Program-made: the position numbers and the translations under genes
Shown: piece by piece, positions 1-13,106 of the stretch
Layout of the letters: every line of letters starts with the position of its first letter
Position numbering within the stretch: position 1 is the stretch's first letter
The notes under the pieces: generated by a model
Seen by the model: only the letters and a program-made list of their open reading frames with translations
Told to the model about the DNA's origin: nothing
Database searches by the model: none
Source of the DNA: Gnetum montanum
Lineage: Eukaryota; Plantae; Gnetophyta
Assembly: GCA_015680685.1 (NCBI GenBank)
Contig: MNCI01001683.1
Coordinates: 31,256-95,255 of the forward strand
Length of the DNA stretch: 64,000 bases
Reading direction: 5' to 3'

Positions 1-2152
1 AGCTATCAATTTCTATAACATATTTTCATAAATTACATAAATTTCTATTAACATAAAGGATGAAATCAACAATAGGTTGTGCCATTAGGAAAAATATTGC
101 TACATTTTCATAGAAAACTAATACTAAGCATATAAGCCAATAAAGTTTATGAGATTTTTACACCAGGAATCCCTTCCCCACCACCATTTTCACAGAGCTC
201 TATCTGCTTCTGCGCTGTTAAGTTGGGATAGCAAGAGATTCAAAGGCGGGTCTTTGGAGTTTTCGAATTTGTTGTTGTGGGTTGAGTTCATGGCTCTTGC
301 ATGTTTGACTGCAAATGTTGACTAGGGCTTCCTAAAAAGATTTGGGAAGGATATGGTGCAGAAATTTTGTTTGAACTTTGAACAAATGTATGCTTCGTCT
401 ATTCTGTATGCACTTGCAGAGGGAGAGAGGCCTGAAAGCACAGGTTGTGCATTAATGACTTGCTGGAATGACGGCCACAGATTGTGCATTTATGACTGGC
501 CAGAATCACGGCCGTTAGCTGAAACCAGAGAGCAACATGAGATGGCCATGGCCCATGAATAAAAATACAAAACCAATCCACTAAATAAAAATCTTTTCTC
601 TAAAATCATGTTCTGAATAAACTAAAACGAAAAGTAAAGATAAGGTAAATCTAAGCAAAATAGGCAACTCAATTGATACGAAAATCCACTAAAATCCATT
701 ACTAAAGATCAGACAGGAACGTGTTCTCACGCAAACTGGAAGAGCAAAATGGAAAGGGAAGAAAAGCGGATTTCGTGCTCACGAATCACGATAGAGATGC
801 AGAGAAATCGTTACAGCAACGAGGGAAAGAAGCGGAAAATAACAAGTGAGATCCAAGAGCGAACGTTCACTGGAAAAATTGTGCACTAAGATTACAAAGT
901 AAAGATGTAGCGCTGGCATTTAAAAAACCGAAGAAATATCATCCAAATTTTTTAAAAACAAAAACTAGAATTAAGGATCGAAGAGAATCGCTCGCAATGC
1001 ATGCTTACATAGCTCGGCAAGCCCGTCCAGATTCAGCTAGAAGGAAACGATCGATTTTCTGAAAAATATAGAATGATAAAAAATATAGAAACTGAAAAAT
1101 ATAGAATAATAAAGTATAGAATGATAGATGTGCAGCGCAGTCTGTAAAGGTAACAATTCATTCTCTAAGCATCAACAAATAAATCCGATAAGGCAAGTCT
1201 CCTACCCAATCACCCAAATCAGACTGGGCAGACAAGACCTCTGCATCAAAAAAAATGTTCATCGTTTCTTCGTCATTGCCTGCAAATGAAAAACTGAAAA
1301 TGAAGTTTGTAATAGGAAATGCATTGTTCCACATACGTGGTTGTGCTCGTCCTAACTTTTCCCTGAGAAACAAAGGGTTTGGAGAGTCTGTGGAAGCATC
1401 AAATCCCTATCAATGGCGGAATAGGACGAGCCTCTGTAAATAAAAGGTATTGGACGCGGATGCAATTTGCAGGAAACAGGTAAGATTTGACGCGATTTGC
1501 AGTAAAAATCGGTAAGATTTTAATCGACAATGAATATTGTCGTTGAGAGTTGAAAAATCAAACGAAAAATTATAATTTACGTACCCAATGCGGATTTTAC
1601 ACGCTTCTGTACGCGTGCCCGAATCCACCGCGAAACGCGAACGGTTCGTGAGATTTTCTTGGGAATCGCGAATCTCCGGCGCATAGGTTTTAACGAACGT
1701 GTATATATCGCAGTATAACGTTTATACAGAGGGTGACCAAAGAGTTGCAACGATACTTCGTAACAGACTGTAATTGAAGGAGTTCTCGATCAAAGGACTT
1801 CCCCAGGGCAAGGCTGCAGGGATCCTCCTCTTTACACGGTATTGATTGATTCATCTCCATTTCTATTTATTTCGTCGTTAGTAAGTTTACTAGCAGTTCA
1901 AGCATTGTTCGCACTACTTTCAAGCACTCACTCACTTCATATAATTGCTTGTAAGCTGAATCTATATTTTTGGCAGAGGCCTTCTTTTGCCTTGTTGAAT
2001 CCAGAAACATGGCAAGTTTAAACTTGCAGTTAACAGAGAGGCAGAGGAGGAGACTTGACAAAGCTCGAAATGAGCTCCAACAGCCCAAGCTGCCTCGTCC
2101 CGATTGCGTCAGTGTCAGGTTTTATCCAAGGCCAGGCCAGGAAGGCGACCAG

Positions 2153-2476
2153 AGGTACTGGTATTTATCTTCTGTTGTTCGATCAAAGGTATTTATATTC
2201 TCCATTATTTTCATTNCTGATGGTGAGAAGAGACCAAATAACTATTAGGAAACATACTCTGACAACTAGTTTGAAGATGAAATCCTTGGATTTTAACTTC
2301 TTGCATACAAACAACATCTAGAGAGTGCTTTCGAATATAATCTCGAACAATATATCGTCGTCGGGGATCCGAGAGGCCCTAACATTCCATGAGCAACACT
2401 TCATTGTGAACAAAGGTACTGGTATTTATATTCTGTTGTTCGATCAAAGGTATTTATATTCTCCATTATTTTCATT
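2153..2476 (+). repeat. 63-bp direct repeat (2153-2215 and 2414-2476) flanking the LINE fragment
   Basis: aggtactggtatttat(c/a)ttctgttgttcgatcaaaggtatttatattctccattattttcatt occurs twice with one mismatch. Confidence 0.85.
2217..2404 (-). mobile_element. LINE ORF2 N-terminal (APE endonuclease) fragment in RRP4 intron 1
   Basis: Minus strand reads MKCCSWNVR(fs)LSDPRRRYIVRDYIRKHSLDVVCMQEVK, i.e. the SWNVRG and LQETK-like motifs of L1 endonucleases. It abuts an n at 2216. Confidence 0.75.
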
Positions 2477-4033
2477 TTTTCCCCTGCTCGTGAATGCTTT
2501 CATGAGGCCCGCGATAATTTGTGTATTCAGGAGTCATGGAATCGTACAGGTGGAAGGCCACAGTTTCCGGTGTTGTTGGGCGTGTTAACAATCTCGTTTT
2601 AGTTGGTTCCCATAGAGCCAGCTTATTTTTTGTCTATCGATAACCATTATGCTGCTGCTGCTGCTGTTATTATGTTTACACCTAGCCTGATATCTTTTGT
2701 TTTCAAATCATGCTATGCTTGAACTCTCTCCATTTATCTCCCTTTCTTTGAACAATGTGTAATTTTTTAATTTTGTCATTGGTTCGCCCGGCAATGCTTG
2801 TACAGCTGTTCAATCTTATCTTTCCTTTGCTATTCCCAGATACAGGCCGGAGATCGGGGATATCGTTGTTGGTCGGGTACCATTTGTTAAACTATCAAAG
2901 CAAAAACATTTCATGAAAGGTACATGTAGAATATGGGATTCTAAAAATGAGTACCTTCAAAATCACTAAGATCTCAAATGTTGAAGGTTGCATCATGCTT
3001 TTGGTTATTACAAAGAAATGAGATATAAAGGGCATTGAAAATCGGATAATAGAAAGAGAAGAATCTATTTCAAACAGAGGTTTATAAGATTTTGAGCATT
3101 GCTTCATATTAAAATTTGAATGAAAAGATAAAATATTAGAGATCATTCAAAATCAATGAAATAAGATTAACAAGATGAGGTATTAGTAAATCATTTTAAA
3201 AAGGGTCATCAACAAGAGGTTCAATGTTGGTCCTACCAAGCAAGGTCCAGGGAGAATTAGTAGATGAGTGAAAGGATAACCTCTTTATTATAATGAAATC
3301 GGAGTATACTAAAAATTAAATTTTATTATATTTATGTGGACCAAAAAGTATCCATTACAACAATCAATTTTACAAAATTCAACAGGATTAATATTTTAGA
3401 GTATTTCAAATCTTTCCAATAATAATTTATTTCCAAAGAATATAATACTTTTATGATAAGTAAGGTTGATTTAGATGACTCAATCACCCAAAAAATTCAA
3501 AGGAAGATCTTCTAATCCTTTAATGAAATTACATTAAAAGGCATGACTTAGACAAGGATCTATTAGGTCTTAATGGTTAAGGTGAACTAGTAATGGTTCT
3601 TGTGAGATTGGCATTTACTTTTTTAAAATTGTAATTATGTAGTATGCTAAAGACCCCCATGACTTACGGATAACTCAACCTAGGCGAACTCTCCATTTGC
3701 CGCTACATATATACTTGTAGTTATCAGTCATTCAAATTTTCTATGACCATATTACTTCAAGGATATTCTATCATGCTAGTACTTTTAAAGTTCATCACAA
3801 CCTTACTACTTACATAGCCTCGATTATCAATTATGTGAGTCAAACATACTACATGAACTTGTTTATAGCTATCTATCCTACAACAATATGATTTTCCAAA
3901 ACACTAGTTTTGAAGTCATTACATGGTTCATATTGCTCATGGGCCATGTATTAATTATAGAGTTGTAGGATAGAGAGCTATGTTATTATGAATTTGATGT
4001 CACCAATGATTGAAACTCAATTTAGTATACTTG

Positions 4034-4822
4034 TGATGAACCGTGATATCACATACATGATATCGCATCCACGATATCACAGCCACCATGTGATATCGCG
4101 TCCTGCCTCATCTTCTATAAATAAGAGGCGACACCCTTGGTTCAAGACACTTAGATTTAGACCCTTAGCCAAACTCTTGTAGTTTTGTCATTCCAGAGTT
4201 AGAATTATTTCTGTGTGCCCNGAAGAGTTTGGCTAAGGGTCTAAATCTAAGTGTCTTGAACCAAGGGTGTCGCCTCTTATTTATAGAAGATGAGGCAGGA
4301 TGCGATATCGNTAGTATACAGATTAAACTAATTAGTAATTAATGATTTTTTAATGCTTTCCTAGTTAATTAATATCTCTCTCAACCTTCAACCCCCCTTA
4401 GTTAAATACACTTAGTATGATTGCTTCAAGCATGCGTGTAGCACTTGGTAACCCAGTAACGATTAGCATTTGGTAATCCCAGCAGCATTACACTGGTTCA
4501 AGATGTGTACGGCAAGTGGGGATGGATACTGGTGTTAGGAAAATTTAGAAACTAGTTAATGTAAGTTAGCCACTTAGTTTTCTCTCCCTCTCCTTTATTA
4601 GCAGAAGACATAAAAAAATACAAAAGCTATAAAAATCATATACCTCAAGCTTACTTAACCATACAATCGTGACAATACAAGTAAGTTTGGGAAGACAACG
4701 ATTGATTAACCTTGAGTTTTCCATTAAGGTGCATAAGCACTTGGTCCTTGGAGTTCGACTGGATCTCATGTGAAATGCTCGTATTCTTAAGGTTGAGTGT
4801 AGGGGTACCTTGCCACTCATCA
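4034..4822 (+). repeat. 5' LTR of element 1
   Basis: TG...CA ends; TATAAAT near 4116; four GATATC-centred palindromes at 4043-4100; 3' part repeated at 12850-13038. Confidence 0.85.
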
Positions 4823-4842
4823 TTGGTGCTATTGCTGAGGAC
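4823..4842 (+). promoter_or_regulatory. Primer-binding site (tRNA-Asp type) of element 1
   Basis: ttggtgctattgctgaggac is a C>T/G>A-decayed version of TGGCGCCGTTGCCGGGGA, directly after the LTR end. Confidence 0.75.
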
Positions 4843-4966
4843 TTAGTTATTTGTGTGTTGCGTCGAACATAGGAAATCATTCATATCATTGGAGCATTAG
4901 AACGAACCCTTAGGGTCAATAAAGGAAAGACGAGACAACGGTACATTGCAAACCGAATGAAACAAA

Positions 4967-7900
4967 ATGTCTTCGTCTTCACATAAGAGCACTTCACCGC
5001 CTAGGACTAATGCAAGAGGTAGTCGGCGGCATAATACACACAACCAAGATCCAACAATTCCTCAATAGTTTCATGTGGTATATACTCATCCCAATGAGTG
5101 TGTACCCGGTTTCACCTTTATTCTCCACCAAGATGAACAACTACGTTGGAGAGACTTGGAGGGTAACATAGTGTTGCCTCAAGATCGATCAGTTCCCAAC
5201 ATGCTCCTTCGTGCTCTCTCACGAATAGGCATGCCGCTTTTATACGTAGAATACATTGCACATGATCATGACTCAAGAGACTATCATCCCACGGAAGTGC
5301 AACGTCAAAGGAACTTGCGACAAGAGAGATACCATACATCCTTGAAGGGTAAATGGCCCCATGACAGTCCACACGTTTTGAGTGAAATTAAGGATGGTGA
5401 ACCTACCTCAACAGGTTCCCCACGAAATGATGTTCCTCCTCCTGACATTGGTTAGGAGGCGGTGTATCAGAACCTCCACTCCACTATTCACAACCTTAGT
5501 TCTAATACCCATGGACATGAAGTGTTCAACGAAGGAACACAAACACAAGATAAAGGCAGATGTTCTAATTGTGATCATGATCAAGGCCGAGACCACTGAA
5601 GAGAAGGTAAAAAACACTGCCATGGCGATGGTTCTCCTTCTTCTTCACCTTCATCGTCACCTTCTCCCTCTCCTTCAGTGTCTAGACGTAGTCATAGGGA
5701 AACGAAATGTGAGGATAAGGGAAAATGAAGTGAAAGTCATTGACAAGATAGTCGAGAACAAGGACAAGGACACTCTAAAGAATCAAGGCATAGACAAAGG
5801 GATATTAGGGTACCATGTAGACAACATAGACGCTATGAACGAGATGATCACGAAGAACTCCTACTCGCAACTAGAAGCATGCTAGATATAATGGAGGCCA
5901 TAAGAGTTCTAACAAGGCACCCAAAGGATAGTAGGATCAAGAGGTTAAACATGAACAACATCCCACGATTTGAAGGGGGATACAATGCTGATCCTCAAGA
6001 TCATTTACAAGCATTCCATGATGCATGTGCCTTGCAAAACATAGAAAACGAATGGCAAAAACTAAAGTTGTTCCCATGGACACTAGTGAAAGAAGTTGAA
6101 AGCTGGTACCGGTCCCTAGAATTAGAATTCATTTGAAGGTGGAGTACAATGTTAGAACTGTTCAATGATAAGTACCAACCGTACTCCCGAGTGTCTAACC
6201 TGTGGAAGCAAATCCAAGGATGGAAGCAAGGAAATCATGAACCCTTGGATGCTACCATGGGCTACTATTATGCACTGTTACATCATTTCCTTGGCCATGG
6301 TTATTCGCAGAGGGATTAACTACGCCATCTCGTGGATGGACTTAGGCATGAAACAAGAAGAACCCTTGGGACGTATGCCCAAGGAAGGTTATCGGGACTT
6401 AGGTCTCATCAAATCCATAGACTGCTAGAGCAAGTTGCCAAAGAAGAAGGTGAACTATGAAAAAGAGAAAGTGTGGAAGAATACAATCAAGATCCTTCTC
6501 TCTGAAAGAAGGGAGTGAGATTTTGTGAGGAGGAAGAAGAGTCACCATTTGAAGAGATGGTGAATAGGAAAACTTTGCCTCTCCAAAAGTTAACATCATA
6601 AGCATCGGCAAAGGTAGACCAAATGTGGGACTCCCTAGATAGTAGGTTCAAAACTGTTCTTAAAATTGTAGAGGAGTCTAGGGAGCGAGGTAGTGACCGC
6701 GACAAAAAGAAAAAGAGAGAAGTGGAAAATGCACGTAACAAAGGTAAGGGCAAAATGACCATCACAGAAGAGGTTGTGGATTTAGACACAGACAATGATA
6801 ATGGATGTGAGATATGCCAATACGACCATCCTAAGGGATGTTGCCCAGTGATCTCACATCTACAAGAGTCTGGGATGTATGCACTCAACCCACGACTAAA
6901 TAAATGGCAAACACCCCGACGGTTACCTTATCCTCAAGGTAATCCAAGGTAGTTCCACCAACCTTCAACATATTATCCAAGTGGAACTCCACCACAACCC
7001 GTTGAACAACATCAATAGTGGCAATACCCACAGTCATGGGGGATGCCACCACCAAGGCAACAATACCCATACTGGAAACTTGATCCATATGGCTACTACG
7101 TGCAACATCCAGTCTCTCCATGTGACTCTGTTAGCCACGTCACACCACAACATCACTACCAAGCCTGTGAGTATTATAGAACTCCTTCTTCTAAGGAAGA
7201 TAACCCATAAATATACCATCCTTCAAACCCATTCGTAGCTCTCACACCAATAGCTCCATTACCACCTGCTCCAGTAATGCAAGGGAAACTCCCTACTCAA
7301 CTGTAGCAACGCAATGCCACAAGGGCTATAAATCCTCAACCTACTGTTAGTTCTGACAACTGTATGAAGAAAAGACCTTTCTTCAGAACCAACAGTCCAA
7401 CCAAGCCCTTACAACCACAAACAGTTGAACCTCTAAACACCTCCCCATCAAATAAAGCTTCAGAGCTACCTTTGAACCAATTACTGGGCTCAACGCATAC
7501 GGTTATGTTAACACATGTTGTTACTGATTGGATCAAGGTTGGCCACCTTCCCAGAAAATTCTCTGACCCTAGAAGCCCTCTAATCTATCTCCAAGTCACT
7601 AGGAATGAGCCATGCAAAGCTCTTCTAGATTCAGGTTCTGGAGTCAACTTAATATCGCAAGAAATGTACAAGGCCTAGAACCTGCCTCCATTGAAGAAGA
7701 GAAATATTCGCCTAGAGTTAGCCGACCAGTCCATCATTGTTCCCTTGGGACTGGTGGAGGACATAGTCACCACTATGTGTGGGTGGTCGTACCTAGCTGA
7801 TTTCCTAGTGATATAAGTGAATAATGGTAAAGGGGACTTCCCAATCATAATGGGAAGGGCATGGCTAAGTACTATAGATGCACGCCTAGGAATTTGTGAT

Positions 7901-10900
7901 CTTTCCCTGGAAATATCTAGGGAAAACACTTTTGGAAAGATCGAGAAGAAGAAGATTCCATGCATTGCATACAGTGACACAAGGTGCAATTGCGTGCAGA
8001 GATCATGGGTTATGCAAAGTTTAGCATTGCCTACATGCAACCGGTGTGCACAAGACATTAACATACAAAAGTGCATGTATGCAGCAACCACATGACAAGA
8101 AGACACCCAGTGGTTGATAGCTTATCAAGAGAGAAGCTCACTAATGTGCATGGGAATAACTGAGGGAATAACTTGTGCTTACATCGAAAGCATAGATGCA
8201 CTAGAGCAAGTTTGCTGCCAACTTCCAAGCCTTAACCTTGAAAACATCAATTGGGGGAAGTTGGAAATTCTTGAAAAATTCAAACAAGAGCCCCTAGAAT
8301 TAAAAACATTGCCCACCAGTTTGGAATATACGATTCTTAAAAATGGAAAATTGGTAATCATCAAAGCAAGACTTGCTTCCAAACAAAAAGGAAGACTGCT
8401 GAAAGTAATAAATAAGTGGTCAAAAGGCTTCGCCTGGTCATATCCTGAATTAATTGGAATAAATCCTAGGATATGCTAGCATAGGATTTACACTGACCCC
8501 TCTATGAAACCTTGGAAACAATCGCAGAGGCGATTGAACCCAAAATTGAAGCAAGTAGTGAAAGAAGAAATAGAACAGCTTCTTAAGGCTGGGTTCATAT
8601 ATCCCATTGCTGATAGTGAATGGGTTAGCCCTCTAGTAATCGTGCCTAAAAAGGGAGGTAAATGGAGGGTGTGCATAGATTTTAGGCTGCTGAACATGGC
8701 AACATTTAAGGATCACTTTCCATTGTCATTCATTGACCAAATCTTAAACAACATAGTAGGGCATCGCTATTACAGTTTTCTGGATGGCTATAGTGGATAC
8801 AACCAAATACAAATAGTCCTAGAAGACCAAGCCAAGACAACGTTCACCAGTCCTTGGGGAACATTTATGTATAAACAAATGCTGCTTAGCTTGTGTAATG
8901 CTCCTACCACATTTCAACACCTAGTGCTAAGCATATTCCAACAGCAGATAGGGAATGAAGTGGAAGTCTTTATGGATGACTTCTCCACCTATGGAACAAG
9001 TTTTGATCAAGCCTTNNNNNNNNNNNNNNNNNNNNNNNNNNNNNNNNNNNNNNNNNNNNNNNNNNNNNNNNNNNNNNNNNNNNNNNNNNNNNNNNNNNNN
9101 NNNNNNNNNNNNNNNNNNNNNNNNNNNNNNNNNNNNNNNNNNNNNNNNNNNNNNNNNNNNNNNNNNNNNNNNNNNNNNNNNNNNNNNNNNNNNNNNNNNN
9201 NNNNNNNNNNNNNNNNNNNNNNNNNNNNNNNNNNNNNNNNNNNNNNNNNNNNNNNNNNNNNNNNNNNNNNNNNNNNNNNNNNNNNNNNNNNNNNNNNNNN
9301 NNNNNNNNNNNNNNNNNNNNNNNNNNNNNNNNNNNNNNNNNNNNNNNNNNNNNNNNNNNNNNNNNNNNNNNNNNNNNNNNNNNNNNNNNNNNNNNNNNNN
9401 NNNNNNNNNNAAAGAATTAATGGCCGTAGTGTTTGCACTGGATAAGTTTAGGCACTATGTGTTAGGTTATAAAGTGTTCATCCACACGGATCATAGTGCA
9501 ATTCAGTTCCTCATGAACAAGTCAATGGTTAGCCCTCGTATTATATGATGGCTGGTAATCCTACAGGAGTTCGATCTAACAATGATTGATCAGAAAGGCA
9601 CTGAGAACGTAGTTGTAGATCATTTATCTAGGTTGCACTGGGATAGTAAAGAGGATAAATATGTAATATCTGATCATTTTCCTGATGAAGCCCTCCTTGT
9701 CGGTGCAGTGAATAACCAACTACCCACGAAGACAAACTGGTATAGTAGCATTCTCACCTATCTTCTTACTCAACAAACACCATAGGAGTTGGACTCTAGG
9801 AAGAAATAATAGTTTCCTCACAGAGCCAAGTACTTCATGGAGATTAATGGACAACTTTACAAAGTGTGTCCTGATGGCTTGGTTTGATGGTGTGTGCCCG
9901 AGGTAGACCAACTAAGAGTTCTCCAAGATGCTCATGAGGGCCCTTGTGGGGGTCACTATACGAGGAGACGAATGGCTTTTAAGATCTTTCTTGTAGGATA
10001 TTATTGGCCAACATTATTTTAGGATGCCCATCAATTTGTCCAATCTTGTGAGCACTATCAACGTGATGGGGAATGACTACTAAAATGGAGGTTCCTCAAC
10101 AATGGATTCAACTGTTAGAACCCTTCGACATTTGGGGAATAGACTTTATGGGGCCCATTACATAGATGTCTAATGGAAAATCTTACATTGTAGTTGCCGT
10201 AGACTATCTAACAAAATGGGCTGAAGCAGCTGCTGTTAAAGACTGCACATCATCCACAACTGCACGATTTGTGAAACAAAAAATCATAAATAGGTTTGGT
10301 GTGCCATGTGCAATTATTTTGGATAATGGAACACACTTCACAAGTGCAAATTTTCGAAAGTTAATGCAACACTTAGGGGTTAAACATAAATTGACTACAC
10401 CTTATCACCCCCAAGTTAACAGAAAAGCTGAGGTCACCAACAAGGAGATCACTAAAATATTGACTAGAATAATTAACAAGTATAGGCGAGATTGGGGCAC
10501 TAAACTAAATGATGCTCTTTGGGCATACCACTCCACCTAGAAACTCCCTATAGGCTACTCTCCCTATGAGTTAGTGTACGGAAAGCTTCCAACGCTTTTG
10601 ATTCAAACCAAGCTCCATACACTATCAATGGCTTGTGACCTCCACCTCGATCTTGATCTAGCACAAAAACAAAGGTTGGCAACTTTAAACATGCTAGACA
10701 AAAATTGATTAGCTACCCTGTCATCAAATAAGTTGCACAAGGCATATAATAAGCAATGTCATGACTTAAAGATTCGAAAGGTTAAGTATCAACCAGGAGA
10801 TAAGGTTCTTTACTGGAACCCCACACATGTGCCATAATGCACAAAATTTCAAACATTGTGGGAAGGACCTTACCTTATTTATGCAACCTTTCCTTTAGGG

Positions 10901-11090
10901 GCCATGACCATATACAAACCTAAGAGCCCTGATAAACTATTATTAGTCAATGTGCAATAGACCAAACCCTTCCATGAATATAAAATAGTTAGTGCACATA
11001 ATACCTTTGAAAAAGAATGACCTCGCTCGCTATTTCGGATCTCCTCCTTCCAACTCAGTTATGGGGAAGACAACCACCTCTACTAACGAT
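4967..11090 (+). pseudogene. gag-pol of element 1 (gag, aspartic protease, RT, RNase H, integrase), many stops and frameshifts
   Basis: gag: IPRFEGGYNADPQDHL...LKLFPWTL, CEICQYDHPKGCC. PR: ALLDSGSGVNLI (~7620). RT: SEWVSPLVIVPKKGGKWRVCIDFR, FLDGYSGYNQI, VFMDDF. RH: KELMAVVFALDKFRHY...VFIHTDH. INT: VAVDYLTKWAEA, DNGTHF, TPYHPQ. Confidence 0.93.
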
Positions 11091-13106
11091 TTGAGGCCCT
11101 TAGTTCATTTTTAAGTTTTTCTTTTACACATTTTTTTTTACACATTTCTTTAATTTTTCTTGTTTTTGTTTGGCACCATCGTTTATACTTTCTCATTTCT
11201 TTGTGTGATTGTTTGTTTTTGTTTTTGTTTGCTATTTTTGTTTTGTTAGATTCATCACCTAATAAGTGCTCCTGATGGTGGTATGAATTATATTCTATTA
11301 ATTGCTAATGTTTGGTTTTTGCCTTTGAGTTATAATGCTGATACTAAGGTATGGTTCTTTTGATATAATAGGCAGTGAGTCCACGTCGCCCATGCATCCA
11401 TAAGTTTCTATGGTCTCTCTTGGCTTGGAACTGTATAGTCCCCTTTTTTAATAATAAAACTATTAACAAATTGGTGATTGGGCATTTCTGAAACTAAGGA
11501 AGGACTCAAGGATTGAAAAGGGTATGACTTCAAAGGGATTTGATGCATTTGTGCTGGCTATTCTCTTAGGTGCTTGGATGTTTTTCTTCTTGAGTTTCTC
11601 TTATCATTCTGACATTGCTCCATTATCAAGAAGCTGAGCCAATAAAAATAAAAAAGAAATAAGTCTTTACATGGTATGGTTCTCACATAAAAAAAAGAAA
11701 AAAAAACAACAATGAGAATTCAAAGCACATCCCTTAGAAAAAATAGCCATCTGGGCTACAAGCATTGGTTATGGAACTAAACAGACATGTTCCCTCTAAC
11801 TAAGGCCCTTTCTCAATTCCTACTTCTGCTTCAGAATGGTGGTGACTCTTTGGTGGAAGCATTCTTGTTACTTCAAGTGGATGGATTGGCCAAGTTTATG
11901 AATGCGAAGTCACTGGATGTGGATTGTTTTGAGTCTAGATTTGGAATGAGATCTACTCAATCACATTAACCATAAATACACAAGGGGCTGTACACCACCT
12001 TGTTCTTGGGAATCCATTTCATTCTCCTCTCCCCATCATTCTTTCTACATTTTCCACCTCATTGTCAATTGTATCAGTAGTCGATATTTTGGTTAATGCA
12101 TTGTTTTCTCTTTGGTAGATTCTTGTGGTTAAGTCTTTAACTCTTACTTCCAAATCACATTTCCTGAGCCTAAGGACTCTTTGAATGTGGGTTTGTCAGA
12201 GCATAAAGGGCATGAGCCTGCTTTGGGGAGGACCCACTGGCATTCCTATTTGGTGCATCAGTTAACTTCTTTCCCTTAAACATTCTTGCAATCAACATTT
12301 TTTTCATTCATTCCCATCTCTGACATTCATTTTATTGGCATTGCCATTGTTTCTTTTTTTCCATATTTCTTATTCCTTATCTTTTTTCATTCTATCGCTA
12401 CCAGAGGATCGCTCTTAGTCATGGGGGCCCTGGTCAAATTTTTTCAATTTTCCCTAACCCCTACACCTTGGGTAGTCACTAGTGTTATATCTCTAGAATC
12501 TATGTGGGCCATATCACAACCCAGCCAATGGACCTTACACTGAGGTAAGGTATCAACTGTATTGTGATTTACTTATCCTTACTCATATGTGACTGTGTTA
12601 TGTGTGCAGATGGCAATCATACAACAATGAACTGGACCTGGAGGAAACACTCAGGATGGACTGGTGCTAAAACAGTTGTGCAAGGAACACGATTGATGGC
12701 ACGACTATGGATGGACAACAGAAGGCGCAATCCTAGTGTCGGCAACAACATGTCTTCTTCTTTTCTCTCTCTCTTTTTCTTCTCTCTCAACTGCCAAATA
12801 AGGCTAGATGTCAATTGTGTATAGTGTTCACTCTTGTAATTATGAATAGAAGACATAAAAAATTACAAACTTAACCATACAACCATGACAATACAAGTAA
12901 GTTTGGGAAGACAATGATTGATTAACCCTGAGTATTCCATTAAGGCGCATAAGCACTTGGTCCTTGGAGTTCGACCAGATTGCACGTGAAACACTCGTAT
13001 TCATATGGTTGAGTGTAGGGGTACCTCGCCACTCATCAACTTGTATCTTAAACCTAGGTTCTAACCAATGGAATGATTCTTTTCTTTAACATAAAACTTT
13101 GGTATA

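Larger units (their letters stand above)
2009..2880 (+). pseudogene. RRP4: Exosome complex component RRP4, 5' fragment (exons about 2009-2154, 2531-2621, 2840-~2880), frameshifted and truncated
   Basis: Exon translations MASLNLQLTERQRRRLDKARNELQQ...R|SHGIVQVEG / ATVSGVVGRVNNLVLVGSHRAR|YRPEIGDIVVGRV match the plant RRP4 N-terminus (RGHG...ATVCGVVERV...RARYKPEVGDIVVGRV). Donor AG|GT at 2154/2155, acceptors CAG at 2528-2530 and 2837-2839. Exon 2 has a frameshifting deletion and a non-GT donor; homology stops after GRV. Confidence 0.85.
4034..13038 (+). mobile_element. Athila-like Ty3/gypsy LTR retrotransposon 1 (degenerate; 3' LTR reduced to its last ~190 bp)
   Basis: Termini TGATGA...TCATCA. 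TSD ACTTG at 4029-4033 and 13039-13043. 5' LTR 4034-4822 followed by a PBS. gag-PR-RT-RH-INT order. 12850-13038 matches the 3' end of the 5' LTR. Confidence 0.92.

Noticed and set aside
353-1443. Short ORFs and possible minus-strand exons upstream of RRP4
   Set aside because: Splice-like signals exist but no consistent reading frame or recognisable protein was found.
4091-4311. ~90-bp inverted repeat inside the 5' LTR of element 1
   Set aside because: The inverted copy (4222-4310) is bounded by single n characters on both sides, typical of a mis-oriented contig piece.
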